This document shows, in pieces, positions 29,068-39,494 of a stretch of 64,000 bases of DNA. A model generated the notes under the pieces. It saw only the letters and a program-made list of their open reading frames with translations, had not been told where the DNA came from and ran no database searches. Within the stretch, counting starts at the first letter, position 1. Each line of letters opens with the position of its first letter. The position numbers and the translations under genes are program-made. Location: contig CP166615.1 in assembly GCA_041937175.2 (NCBI GenBank), positions 2,688,001 to 2,752,000 of the forward strand, written 5' to 3'. This DNA comes from Limnothrix sp. BL-A-16. Lineage in GTDB: Bacteria; Cyanobacteriota; Cyanobacteriia; CACIAM-69d.

Positions 29068-30222
29068 TCAACGCCGCTGCCATGCTGCCAAAGCAGCCGT
29101 TACCACCGGAGCCAACCAATCGGGCAACTGAGGATAAATGCGCTCCCAAACTGAGCGATCGACCGCTGGAATTGGATAGGCCATGGCCACCAATGCTGTT
29201 CGGATCGCTGATTCGGGTTCCGGCAGACCACTGCAATATTCCACAAAATCTTGTAAAAATTCCCAATCCGAAGGCAGAATTGGCCGCTTGGAAAAATGAC
29301 TAGCAATCAGCCGCTGATAGAGTTGGCCTTTACGGGTATGCCAGGCCGTTTCCAACTCCGTTGCTGGAGTCTCGTACCACTGTTGGGAATATTGAGCACG
29401 GGCATTGCTCAGTTCTGCCAAAGCTCCCCGATGTTCAGGCGATCGCTCGTAAAGATCCAAGCAGCTATCCACCCAGTTCAACCAAAACTCATCCCATTCT
29501 GGCAACCCCGGTTCTCCCAGTTCGCGCGGCGGGAATGAGGGAGCGATCGCCCCGGCGGCCGTCCGTTTGCGAAGGAACCCATTCAGGCACCAGGTCATAT
29601 TCCGTTCGTAGAAGTCACAGAAATAGGTGTCAATGTCGTATTCATCCCCACAAACCATCAGAAATTCTTCCAAGGCCTGCAACGGTTTCCCGGCACTGAG
29701 ACTATCTTCCACAATCACATAATCGCCCTGCTCAAGCCAGCAATGGAAAAACTCCAACACCGCAATGGTCGTTCCGTAGGAGTGATCCGCATCCTCAATC
29801 ACCAACCAAGGGCGCGGTAGGCTGGCCAACCAGTCCGGCGAAAGGGTTTGCCCCAAGTCTCGGCCATCCCCTGCCAAAAAGGTCACCCTTGGATGGCTCA
29901 CATCGGTCACGGGGTTGATGTCGATCGAGTAGATCTGCCCGTCAATTCCAAAATTATTCAGGTGATCTCCCAACCAGAGGGCACTTCCCCCGGCGAAGGA
30001 ACCAATTTCAAAAATAGTGCGCGGCTTTAGCTCCCAGAGCAGCAGGGAATAGAGTGCCCAGTCAAAGGGATTTTTGATTGTCTGAATGCCCCGATAGCTG
30101 TAGTTGCGAGCGGCCATCTCGATCGCCACAGCGTCGCTACCGGTCAAAAAGGAGGTTTGGATGGGGCGCACTGAATCCCAGGGGCGATCGCGCCAGTGGC
30201 AAAACCGGCTCGCATCATTCAT
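29068..30222 (-). CDS. CmcI (cephalosporin hydroxylase-like) SAM-dependent sugar O-methyltransferase fused to a C-terminal helical domain
   Basis: YRGIQTIKNPFD, KPRTIFEIGSFAGGSALW, LVIEDADH and YVIVED. Confidence 0.85.
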   Translation of the reverse strand: MNDASRFCHWRDRPWDSVRPIQTSFLTGSDAVAIEMAARNYSYRGIQTIKNPFDWALYSLLLWELKPRTIFEIGSFAGGSALWLGDHLNNFGIDGQIYSIDINPVTDVSHPRVTFLAGDGRDLGQTLSPDWLASLPRPWLVIEDADHSYGTTIAVLEFFHCWLEQGDYVIVEDSLSAGKPLQALEEFLMVCGDEYDIDTYFCDFYERNMTWCLNGFLRKRTAAGAIAPSFPPRELGEPGLPEWDEFWLNWVDSCLDLYERSPEHRGALAELSNARAQYSQQWYETPATELETAWHTRKGQLYQRLIASHFSKRPILPSDWEFLQDFVEYCSGLPEPESAIRTALVAMAYPIPAVDRSVWERIYPQLPDWLAPVVTAALAAWQRR

Positions 30223-30344
30223 TAGCCCAGAATTTGGGTCTGAGGCTGACGGTGTAGCAGGCTCTGCCCGATCGCCGGCCCCCGATTCGGAGCCAGCAAC
30301 CTTCGTTAATTCAGGTAATTGAGGACTACCAGCCTCACCGTTCC

Positions 30345-33020
30345 CTAGGAAGTCATTTTTTTTTGAGCCTCTGACTCAAATACCGCCGCATACAGCGGGA
30401 ACAGCCAACCGGGCAAACGGGTTGCCGCGTCCTTCACCTGCATTTGTCCCGGCGCGTAGTACATCATTACGCCCAAGAACGCATTCAAACTACCGGGTTG
30501 ATCGAAACCACGCGCTACCGTCTCCGCCAGCTTCACCAACAGTTCCCGCTCCCCATCCGTCAACGGCTCCCGTTGGAATCCTGATTTCAGATACATGCCA
30601 TAACGGCGGCCCAGTTCACTATTGAACGCAGCCTCCAGTTGAGACGTGGGAACCGTCAGCCAAAACTCCGCCACCCGTTGACGCAATTGGCGCAATTCCG
30701 CCACCGTTTCCCCATCTTCCGGGTCAATTTCGTAGAGATTGGAGCAACCCAAGAAGCGGTTCAGAAACACCATGTCCTCGGCTAAATTGGGAGGCTGGCT
30801 CACGGAGGGTGGAGCAGCAGCCGGTGCAGCCATGGGGACAGTTGGTTGCGGTGACGGCACTAAGGGAGCAGATGTCGCTTGGCCCGCTTCAAAAATTCGC
30901 TGATAGTCCGGTAGCAACCAAGCCGGTAAACGATTGGCTGCATCCCGTACCTGCATTTTGCCCGGCGGCAGATACATCATGATGGCCAACAGCGCATTCA
31001 GCCCCGGGTAGCGATCGATTCCCTGACTGATCAGCCCCGTCAACTCCTGCACAACGGATTCCTCTTCGGGGCGCAGGGGATAGTTTTGATAGCCACTGTC
31101 AAGCAATGCCAAGTAGCGGCGGCCAAACTCACTCCTATAGAGGGATTCCAGCTCCTCGAAAGGGGTCTGGGCCCAAATTTGCCCCACCTGTTGACGAATT
31201 AATCGCAGCTCTTCCGCGATCGAGGTTTCTTCGGGGTCGATGTAGTAGAGATTGGCACAACCTAACAACCGATTCAGGAAGGTCATGTCCTGATGCAGCG
31301 GCACGGTTGCTGAGGTTGGCGGGGCAGTTGGTGACGGGGTTGCGACTGGCTGGGGTGGGGCGATCGGCTGTGGCGCATGGGCCGTTCCCGAAGACCCATG
31401 GTGTTCAAAGACCGATCGATAGTCCGACAGCAACCAAGCCGGAAGCTTTGCTTGGGCCTGGTCAACCTTCATCTTGCCAGCGGGGAGATACAGCATCACT
31501 CCCAAAAATGCCTGCAATCCAACCGGATGCTGGACGGTATGCTGACTCACTTGATTAGTGAGAGATTGAAGGTAGTTGGCTTCTTCATCCGTGAGGGGTT
31601 GGGATTGGAAGCCGCTGTGCAGTAAAGCACGATAGGCCTGGCCCACAGAGCCTTGATACAGGGCTGAGAGTTGCTCCGCTGGCGCAGCCTTCCAGAACTC
31701 AGCAGTCTGGCGGCGCAGTTCCCGCAGGAGGTTAATCGTGCTTTGATCGTTGGGGTCGAGACCGTAGACCCGTACAACGTTCGTGAGGCGATCGCACAGC
31801 CACTGGGTGTAGGGATCGGTGGCAGGGGAGGTGGGAATGGAAAGGGCCATAGGGCTGCTGAGTTCGGCTTTTCGGCGCAATAGCTCCTCGAATTTTAGTT
31901 CGAGTTGGTCAATCGATCGCTCAATGTCAAATTTGGCAAAGGCTGCTGCTTGTCCCGTGGCGGCCAAGCGTGCCCAACGTTCCGGATCCTGCGGCAAACT
32001 GATCAACGCTTGAGCCAGGGCGATCGCATCACCGGCCGGGAATAGCAAACCGCTCACGCCGGATTCAATCACCTCCGCAGCCCCGCCCACGCCTGTGCTC
32101 AAAACCGTTAGCCCAGCCGCCATCGCTTCAACCTGCACAATTCCAAAGGCTTCCGGCTGAATCGAAGGGAACACAAAGACATTGTGCTGAGCACAACAGT
32201 CAGCCAGTTGCGATCGATCCAAATGACCAACCAATCGCACTCGATGGGCTAACCCTGTTTGTTGCAGGTACTGTTGCAGAGCCGCTAGATAATCCGCGTG
32301 GATAGCGTTACCCGCGATCGTGCATTCAAAGTCCACTTGCTGCTGTTGAAGCACCGTCAGGGCCTCCAGCAGGGTGTGGGGGCCCTTGGTTTGAATCACC
32401 AACCCGGCGTACAAAATTCGCAGCTTGTCTCGCTGGGGCAACGTGGGCCGGCTGAATTGCCGTACCAGCGCGCCGGGATAAATCGTTGATGTTTCCAGTT
32501 GCGTCAACCCTGAATCTCGCACCGCCTGAGCCACGGCCTCGCTAGCGGTGGCCAAGTGATAGAGCGGGTGCTGGGGAGCAAGGGTTGGTGGATAAGGAAC
32601 CTGGGCAAACCCCAGGTGATGAATTGTTGGAATTTGTTGTTCCAGCAAAGGCCCAAAGACCGCCGGGCCGAGGAACGAGATATTACCAACCAGGCAAAGA
32701 TCGGGCTGAACTTGTGCCAAAACCTCGCGCAGGATGCGATCGTTATGGGCCAAGATTGCGTTGATCTGGTTAGGATCCTGCAATTCTTGGGTTTGACCTT
32801 CATAAGTTCCCCACAGTTGCAAGCGGCGATCAATGCCATCCTCTTGACTTGGCGTGCAACCCAGGTAAGGCGCATCGCTGGTTAGAACCTGTATTTGGTG
32901 ACCACGGGACTGCAACCCAGCAGCAAAATCTGCGAGCGATCGACCATACCCCCCCAACTCCTGCGGCGGATAGAGATTGGTAAGGATCAGAATTTGCTTA
33001 AAGCGTCGTACCATTGTCAA
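30345..33020 (-). CDS. GT4 glycosyltransferase with three tandem C-terminal helical domains
   Basis: TNLYPPQELGGY, KGPHTLLEA and FVFPSIQPEAFGIVQVEAMAAG, followed by three ~130-aa repeats with Pro-rich linkers. Confidence 0.9.
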   Translation of the reverse strand: MTMVRRFKQILILTNLYPPQELGGYGRSLADFAAGLQSRGHQIQVLTSDAPYLGCTPSQEDGIDRRLQLWGTYEGQTQELQDPNQINAILAHNDRILREVLAQVQPDLCLVGNISFLGPAVFGPLLEQQIPTIHHLGFAQVPYPPTLAPQHPLYHLATASEAVAQAVRDSGLTQLETSTIYPGALVRQFSRPTLPQRDKLRILYAGLVIQTKGPHTLLEALTVLQQQQVDFECTIAGNAIHADYLAALQQYLQQTGLAHRVRLVGHLDRSQLADCCAQHNVFVFPSIQPEAFGIVQVEAMAAGLTVLSTGVGGAAEVIESGVSGLLFPAGDAIALAQALISLPQDPERWARLAATGQAAAFAKFDIERSIDQLELKFEELLRRKAELSSPMALSIPTSPATDPYTQWLCDRLTNVVRVYGLDPNDQSTINLLRELRRQTAEFWKAAPAEQLSALYQGSVGQAYRALLHSGFQSQPLTDEEANYLQSLTNQVSQHTVQHPVGLQAFLGVMLYLPAGKMKVDQAQAKLPAWLLSDYRSVFEHHGSSGTAHAPQPIAPPQPVATPSPTAPPTSATVPLHQDMTFLNRLLGCANLYYIDPEETSIAEELRLIRQQVGQIWAQTPFEELESLYRSEFGRRYLALLDSGYQNYPLRPEEESVVQELTGLISQGIDRYPGLNALLAIMMYLPPGKMQVRDAANRLPAWLLPDYQRIFEAGQATSAPLVPSPQPTVPMAAPAAAPPSVSQPPNLAEDMVFLNRFLGCSNLYEIDPEDGETVAELRQLRQRVAEFWLTVPTSQLEAAFNSELGRRYGMYLKSGFQREPLTDGERELLVKLAETVARGFDQPGSLNAFLGVMMYYAPGQMQVKDAATRLPGWLFPLYAAVFESEAQKKMTS

Positions 33021-33080
33021 GATTTCATATTTGTGAAGACCCTGCTAATTCCGTGAATAGCCATAGCAGCAATACCCTCA

Positions 33081-36000
33081 TTAGAACTGCACAAAATCCA
33101 TTACTGGACAAAAAGGTGATAGAGGGCGGCCACTAAAGACAACCGCCAGTAAATCTGCTAGCCGATGGTGATAAGTATGATGACGATAGAGGGTTTCAAT
33201 CGCCTTCCTCATATAGGGATAGCGGCGCTCAGGGTATTGTACAAAATATTCGATTGCTTCTAGGTATTCGCTCGGATTTCCTGCCATTACTACTTCATCA
33301 GCACCGAAGAAATCACGAATCCGCCGGACTCGATCGCTCACGACAAAACCACCACAAGCTGGAGCGTTGAATACTCGCTCGTTGCAAGTAAACCCCTCAA
33401 CTTCAAAAGCATGGTGTAAATTTAAGGCAATGGCAGAAGAAGAATAAAAATAGGGAGCTTTTCGATTAAACTCTCCAGCAGTCAAGAAACTATTCTTAGC
33501 TTTTTTAAAAGAAGACTGAGTCCAATCAGGTCCTATTAAGAGGTAGTTATACTTTTTCAGTGGCTCTAGCCAAAAGTCTTGAAAACGCGATGCTTTTTCT
33601 GAAAAAGTACCAATAAAAAACAGATCCCGTTCTAATTCAACGGGAGCAGGAACATGGGAATAGATATTAACCCCCCAAGGAAAGCTCATTACAGGAATAC
33701 CATACTCAGTCACGTAGCGCGAGAAAAAGTAATGATTGCCTTCAAGGGACAATTCTGATATCGCTAGAGCAATAAATTTAGAATACTTTTCTAGACTATC
33801 TAGTGCTTTTAAGGTCATGCCAGGCACTTTAGTAGGTTGTAAGTTCACATCATTAAAATATCGTGCAAAAACAATGATCTTATTTTTTGGCTCGTAAATT
33901 AGATGTTCAATTTTCTCCAGGCTTTCTGCGTGAGCAACAATGATAACCAATTCACTATATTGTTCTAATATTTCGTGAAAGCCCGCTTCTCTACCTTCTT
34001 CCAGGAACAAGAAAGGAATATTCCAAGAATTTGCCACTTCAGCAAGCCCAATTAATCTCACATTTGCTGCATAAGGCAAGGGACCATAGTAACAAATAGC
34101 ATGAGGCTGATTTTTCCACTCGCTATAATTCGAGATTTGTTTTAGAGAAAAACTAATTGCATCAACTCCAGCAATGTCGAACCGACTTTCAGCTATCGCT
34201 GTCAGAGTTAACTGCGATACTTTTGTATCAGAATCTAGCAAAGGGTGAAACAGAGGAGTTTCATCAATTTGTGATTGAAGGCCACGCGCACTCTGCATCC
34301 TTATGGAACTGCATCTTGTATCATCCAGCTTAGGAGAGTGTTCACGTGTTGCTATGACCGACAATAGTTCAGAGGTATCAGCCGTTTCTTGTAAGTAAGA
34401 CAAGTTGGAAATATCAGACGAAGATTTAAACGCAGAAATCACATTTTCAACATTTTCTATCAGTGATGAATTGATCGACACAGTTTCACTTAAGAAGATA
34501 AGTTTTCTAAAGCAACGATTAGCTTTTTCAAAATCACCACTGATAAGACTTGCTATGGTCAAATTATAAAGTGCCTCCACTCTAGTAGGGTTAACTAATA
34601 TCGCTTGCTCATAAGCATGAGCAGCAATTGATGGAACAGAGAACGTAGCTTCAGCGAGCATGAGATTGCCAAATTGCAAATATGCGCTGTATTTAGCCGC
34701 ATTTATATCTGAACACATTTGTATCTCTGGGTAGAGATCATTTATATTGCTTTTTTGGTAGGTACTTTCAAGAAGTTCAATAGTTTTTGGGATAACTTGA
34801 TTTTCCGTCGCACCCGCAGTAGACGCACCTCTTGAGTGAATACGGTACTTAATAAGTGGCTGATCTATATATGAGTAGTTGAGATGTGATGCCGACTTTA
34901 GCCAGAAGTGATAGTCTGCAACAAAACCACCCTCAAATCCACCCATATTTAGTATAGACGAACGGCGTAACATTGTTGTTGGATGTGCAACGATATTACG
35001 AGAGAAAAGAGTTCTTAATAAATTCCATTGATTAATGAGCTTGGACTGTGGATGCCATAAACCAAAGCTGGTTTTCAAAATATTGCCGTTCTCATCTATA
35101 TGATAGCCATCAGAAAATACAACATCCAGTCTTGAATCAGACTCAAACTGCTGCAACTGTACTTCTAGACGATTGGGTAAGCAAACATCATCAGCACCTA
35201 TAAAAGCAATCAGATCACCTGCTGCTTCTTGTACAACTTTATTTGCAAGTCGGCTATAGTCACCTGTCTTTCCGACATTTTCTTGATAGATATATCGAAT
35301 TCTAGTATCGCTAGTATATTCTTCAATAATTGAGCGGGTTCTATCAGTTGAACCATCATCCAGTATCAGAAGTTCAAAATTAGTGTATGTTTGTTGTAAA
35401 ATAGATTCAATGCATTCACCAATATACCGTTCTCCATTGAAAACATAAGTCACTACTGAAACTTTAATTCCGCGAGACCGAGACGGTTGAGAAGCGTTAT
35501 TGGGATCTTTTAAGATCGAGCGCAAAGGGATATCTATTTCATCCAAGTTAATGAATTTATAGTTTTTCTTTTTTTTCATTTCAACAATTTCTGTTAATAT
35601 TCTAAAGTAACGATTGCTCCATGTATGGTCTCGAATCGTCCTTCGATAAGCAGACAACGCTATTTCCTCTCTTTCTGTCTCTTTGAAGAGATAGTGGTTG
35701 ATTTTCTCAACAAGATCGTAAAAATTTTGATAAAATACAATTTCCTTTCCTTCAACAAAAAAATCTTTTAGGCGCTCATCATAGTTGGTAAGTTGGAATA
35801 CTTGACAAGCAGCATACTCAAAGGTTCGACCCTTAATCTGAGGTTGTTGGGGATTTGTTGAGCACCATGCCATACCCAGACAGATTTTAGAGGAGGAAAA
35901 AACACTCAACATATCTTCGTGTGTCAAGTATCCTCCGGCAATATCCACAAGGGAGGGAACCTGATCCCACCCATGACCCCATACCTTAACATTGATTCCA

Positions 36001-36542
36001 CTGTCTTTTAGAAAAGAGATTAGTTCTAAGCGTCCAGGATAGAGTTGCCCGACAAAAGTTACATCGTACTGCTTTTGACTGACCTTGATTGGGAAGTATA
36101 AGTTGGGGTTACAACCCCATTGGCTCAAAATCGTCTGCTTGTAGCCTAACTTTTGATACTTTTGCCAAGCTTCACGACATGTGGTGACTGCAAAGTTGTA
36201 TAAATCAAGCCATGCCAAAGAGTGACCAAATCTCCAATCATCATCACTAAACAAAACTATTGACGTTGTGGTTTTCAGATCTCTGATATAACCAGCCAAT
36301 GAGCGGTCTAACTCGCTCTCAACAATGGCATGCAGAAATATATCTGGCTCTTGATCGTCAATCACTGACTTAAGCTTCTGGTTCATTGCTTCATGCCCCA
36401 AAAGTTTAAGCTCCGCTGAAAAATTAAAGTCAACCACTTCAAACCCTAGGTCTTCCAGAGGACATTTAATGTTGTGGTAACCATAACTCCCGGTTAGCTT
36501 ATTTGGCTCGTCAGAGTCAGGAGCAAAAAACAAAATTTTCAT
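33081..36542 (-). CDS. Tri-domain glycosyltransferase (CgeB/Glyco_trans_1_2 + GT2 + Glyco_trans_1_2)
   Basis: YDVTFVGQ..R, IKGRTFEYAAC, HTWSNR; VSVVTYVFN..LDDGSTD; NERVFNAPACGGF, HTYHHR. Confidence 0.85.
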   Translation of the reverse strand: MKILFFAPDSDEPNKLTGSYGYHNIKCPLEDLGFEVVDFNFSAELKLLGHEAMNQKLKSVIDDQEPDIFLHAIVESELDRSLAGYIRDLKTTTSIVLFSDDDWRFGHSLAWLDLYNFAVTTCREAWQKYQKLGYKQTILSQWGCNPNLYFPIKVSQKQYDVTFVGQLYPGRLELISFLKDSGINVKVWGHGWDQVPSLVDIAGGYLTHEDMLSVFSSSKICLGMAWCSTNPQQPQIKGRTFEYAACQVFQLTNYDERLKDFFVEGKEIVFYQNFYDLVEKINHYLFKETEREEIALSAYRRTIRDHTWSNRYFRILTEIVEMKKKKNYKFINLDEIDIPLRSILKDPNNASQPSRSRGIKVSVVTYVFNGERYIGECIESILQQTYTNFELLILDDGSTDRTRSIIEEYTSDTRIRYIYQENVGKTGDYSRLANKVVQEAAGDLIAFIGADDVCLPNRLEVQLQQFESDSRLDVVFSDGYHIDENGNILKTSFGLWHPQSKLINQWNLLRTLFSRNIVAHPTTMLRRSSILNMGGFEGGFVADYHFWLKSASHLNYSYIDQPLIKYRIHSRGASTAGATENQVIPKTIELLESTYQKSNINDLYPEIQMCSDINAAKYSAYLQFGNLMLAEATFSVPSIAAHAYEQAILVNPTRVEALYNLTIASLISGDFEKANRCFRKLIFLSETVSINSSLIENVENVISAFKSSSDISNLSYLQETADTSELLSVIATREHSPKLDDTRCSSIRMQSARGLQSQIDETPLFHPLLDSDTKVSQLTLTAIAESRFDIAGVDAISFSLKQISNYSEWKNQPHAICYYGPLPYAANVRLIGLAEVANSWNIPFLFLEEGREAGFHEILEQYSELVIIVAHAESLEKIEHLIYEPKNKIIVFARYFNDVNLQPTKVPGMTLKALDSLEKYSKFIALAISELSLEGNHYFFSRYVTEYGIPVMSFPWGVNIYSHVPAPVELERDLFFIGTFSEKASRFQDFWLEPLKKYNYLLIGPDWTQSSFKKAKNSFLTAGEFNRKAPYFYSSSAIALNLHHAFEVEGFTCNERVFNAPACGGFVVSDRVRRIRDFFGADEVVMAGNPSEYLEAIEYFVQYPERRYPYMRKAIETLYRHHTYHHRLADLLAVVFSGRPLSPFCPVMDFVQF

Positions 36543-36654
36543 GATTCCAATACCAAATTTTTAGTGATAAGGATTATTTCAGTTTGTATTCGCATTTATT
36601 CTATTTCATCATTGCATTAAGCTTGCTTCAAGCGTCACTTAGTAGTTGTTAAGG

Positions 36655-38184
36655 TCAGTCGAAGACAGCGTACAGGTCACCTCCTAAGAAATTGTGTCCA
36701 TGGTTTATGAAGTTAGTTATGGTTTCCATATCAACCCATTCCTGAAATCGCATTATTGGGTAACTGCCAATAGAGACATTGAACTTGCTGTAGCCTAAGG
36801 AAGAAAGATGGCGTAGGCATTCTGCAATATTATCAGGAAACTCTTTCAAAAACTCAAATGATATGTAAGGTATCGGGGAACTCAGACCACGCAAAACGTC
36901 TGATTCAAATCCTTCAACATCAATTTTACAAAATCTAGGAACTCCATAGAAATCAATTGCTGAATCTAAAGTCATTGTGTCGACTACAACTTGCTGATCC
37001 CAAGTGAAGTCATAGAAATTACCAAATCTTCCTGTTTTCCACTCATTTGCAAAAGTTGCAATCTGACTCTCAGAAGAGCATATGTTTAAGATTAACTTTC
37101 CTGGCTCTCTTGCCAGACCTTTATTAACTATAGTCACTTCATCCATGAAGCCGTAGCGTTGCATGAGAACTGACACACAGCCAGGGTGTGGCTCAAAGCA
37201 GACCACTTTAGCCCCACAAGATAAATAAGCTTCAGTCTTATATCCTCGATTTGCACCAACATCAAACACTAAGTCTCCTGATCTAACAAACTTTTTCAGA
37301 AAATTCTTTTCTGTTTCACGAATTGTGTAACCTTGATAAACGGAGTTCACTTTTGGCGCTTTTATTAGATGTGCACAGTATAGGAGATATTCACCAGCTT
37401 GAAAAGATGACAAGTTCTGAGCATGAACAGGGTTGCCGAGAGAGTCTAAATAGAGTTCATCAATAGTCAAGTAGCCTGGAAAGTGCTGCAGTAGTGAATC
37501 AACTGAAAAAATTTGATATCTATCGAAAAGTACTGATGGATTTCCAAGATAAATACTTATCAAGAGGTGACCTCCCTCTTGCATCACTCGTTCAATTTCT
37601 TTGGCTACCTCCCAAGCAGCATTTGCGGAAACCTGTCCATACTGCTCAATGAGTCCGACTTTGGAGAGCGTATCAATTGCCACCACCCATGATTTGGATG
37701 AATCTTGATAAGGTAGGCTGTACACACCGCCATAGTGCTCTCTTAATCCGAATGGCAGGCGTGCATCAGGTAGGGGACTAGGAGTGACACGGTCAGTCCA
37801 AGAGATTTGAGATATAACCATAGAGAATGCACGGTCTTCGCTTAGATCTAAAACTTCTTTAGGCTGCCACTCGGACACAGCACGTAGACACCAGGCTTGG
37901 CGTTTGACTGTTGATGAAGCCAGATTACTATCTTGTATGATCTCGGAGCCTGGAAGGCAAGGAGGATGAAAGATAATGTTTTGTAGCCTAGAGCCACTTT
38001 CTTTTTTCAGAAGTGATCGACAATAACTGAGGAATTTCTTGCGATAAGAAGTCCACTCAGGAGATAGTAGGTATGACAAAGGGTATCGGGACTCATACTG
38101 ACTAAGAGCGTCCAGAATTTCTACAATTTCTAATTTTCGATCACTCTGTAAATTTGTGTTATTCGCAATGTCCATCGTTTTCAC
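36655..38184 (-). CDS. FkbM-family methyltransferase with an N-terminal methyltransferase-like domain
   Basis: LVFDVGANRG, VVCFEP and KIDVEGFESDVLRG; the N-terminal part has LPYQDSS..EIERVMQEGGHLLISI. Confidence 0.85.
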   Translation of the reverse strand: MKTMDIANNTNLQSDRKLEIVEILDALSQYESRYPLSYLLSPEWTSYRKKFLSYCRSLLKKESGSRLQNIIFHPPCLPGSEIIQDSNLASSTVKRQAWCLRAVSEWQPKEVLDLSEDRAFSMVISQISWTDRVTPSPLPDARLPFGLREHYGGVYSLPYQDSSKSWVVAIDTLSKVGLIEQYGQVSANAAWEVAKEIERVMQEGGHLLISIYLGNPSVLFDRYQIFSVDSLLQHFPGYLTIDELYLDSLGNPVHAQNLSSFQAGEYLLYCAHLIKAPKVNSVYQGYTIRETEKNFLKKFVRSGDLVFDVGANRGYKTEAYLSCGAKVVCFEPHPGCVSVLMQRYGFMDEVTIVNKGLAREPGKLILNICSSESQIATFANEWKTGRFGNFYDFTWDQQVVVDTMTLDSAIDFYGVPRFCKIDVEGFESDVLRGLSSPIPYISFEFLKEFPDNIAECLRHLSSLGYSKFNVSIGSYPIMRFQEWVDMETITNFINHGHNFLGGDLYAVFD

Positions 38185-38221
38185 TTTGCTATGAAGTCAT
38201 AGTTCAGCAAGTCAACAAGCG

Positions 38222-39466
38222 TTAGGGACTTGTGGCTACCATGTTTTTGTGACTACTTGCAACGCAGACATCCAATGACTGAATAACTACATCCTGAACT
38301 GATTCAGTCATTTGGTGATAAAGGGGCAATATAACTTGATGATCTTGCAAGTATTCGCTGTTCTGTAGTTTTTCACAGCTGCCGGGGTTGCATTTACAGC
38401 CTGCGTAAAATCCTTCACAACGCCATTCATAACGCTCATCGAGACCTAATGCTTTTTCTCGGTGTGCACACATGACACCCCTTCGAGTAGCAATATTTTG
38501 GTCTCGCAACATTTGCATAACGGTTCTTTGCAATTTACTGCTAGAAAGCGTGACGGGGTAGCTTTGCCAGTTGCTACGTGCCCAAGCAGGCTGATGAGGA
38601 AGACGAATATTATTGATATGGATAAGCTGCTTTGAATATCGGTCCGCCAGGTGTCGGCGCTTCTCCAGCATAACTGGTAATTTTTTAAGCTGCTCTCTTC
38701 CGATAGCTGCTTGGATATCGGTCATCCTATAGTTGTAACCCATAACGGGATAGGACTCAAAAACGACCTCTGTGCTGTGATGACGCACAGTGTCTGGGAT
38801 GCTCATTCCGTGTTGTCTCCACAGTCTGAATTGCTTATCCCATTCAGAGTTATTGGTGGTGATCATACCACCATCCCCAGTAGTTACCACTTTTCGCGGA
38901 TGGAATGAGAAGCAAGCGATATCTCCATGTGGCTTACCAATTTTATCCCATTCGCCATCCCACAAAATTTCGCTTCCAATAGCACATGCAGCATCTTCGA
39001 TCACCGGCAGTCCGTAGGACTTTGCCAGCGGTATAATTGCCTGTAGATCGCATGGCATACCAACTTGATGGACACATAGAATTGCGCGAGTTTTTGAGTT
39101 TATGACAGATTCAATTTTATCAACATCTATGTTATGTGTGATCGAACAGACATCTACAAAAACGGGTATTGCGGCACAGTAACGAATACTGTTTGCCGTT
39201 GCGATATATGACTGACTAACAGTTATTACTTCATCACCTTGCTTTACACCAACCGCAAGAAGCGCTAAGTGCAGTGCCGTTGTGCAACTAGAAACTGCAC
39301 AAGCATAGTTTGCACCAACATAAGCTGCAAATTCGTTCTCGAATTTATTTACTTCAGATCCCTGAGTGACCCATCCTGAGAGAATTACACGCTGAGCGGC
39401 AAGCGCTTCTGACTCATCAAGCCAGGGTTTGGCTACAGGGATAAAAGAACTATCATTAGAGATCAT
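38222..39466 (-). CDS. DegT/DnrJ/EryC1/StrS sugar aminotransferase
   Basis: VSSCTTALHLAL, IEDAACAIG, FSFHPRKVVTTGDGGM and GYNYRMTDIQAA. Confidence 0.95.
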   Translation of the reverse strand: MISNDSSFIPVAKPWLDESEALAAQRVILSGWVTQGSEVNKFENEFAAYVGANYACAVSSCTTALHLALLAVGVKQGDEVITVSQSYIATANSIRYCAAIPVFVDVCSITHNIDVDKIESVINSKTRAILCVHQVGMPCDLQAIIPLAKSYGLPVIEDAACAIGSEILWDGEWDKIGKPHGDIACFSFHPRKVVTTGDGGMITTNNSEWDKQFRLWRQHGMSIPDTVRHHSTEVVFESYPVMGYNYRMTDIQAAIGREQLKKLPVMLEKRRHLADRYSKQLIHINNIRLPHQPAWARSNWQSYPVTLSSSKLQRTVMQMLRDQNIATRRGVMCAHREKALGLDERYEWRCEGFYAGCKCNPGSCEKLQNSEYLQDHQVILPLYHQMTESVQDVVIQSLDVCVASSHKNMVATSP

Positions 39467-39494
39467 AGATAACTTTTGCGATAAGAACAGGTTA

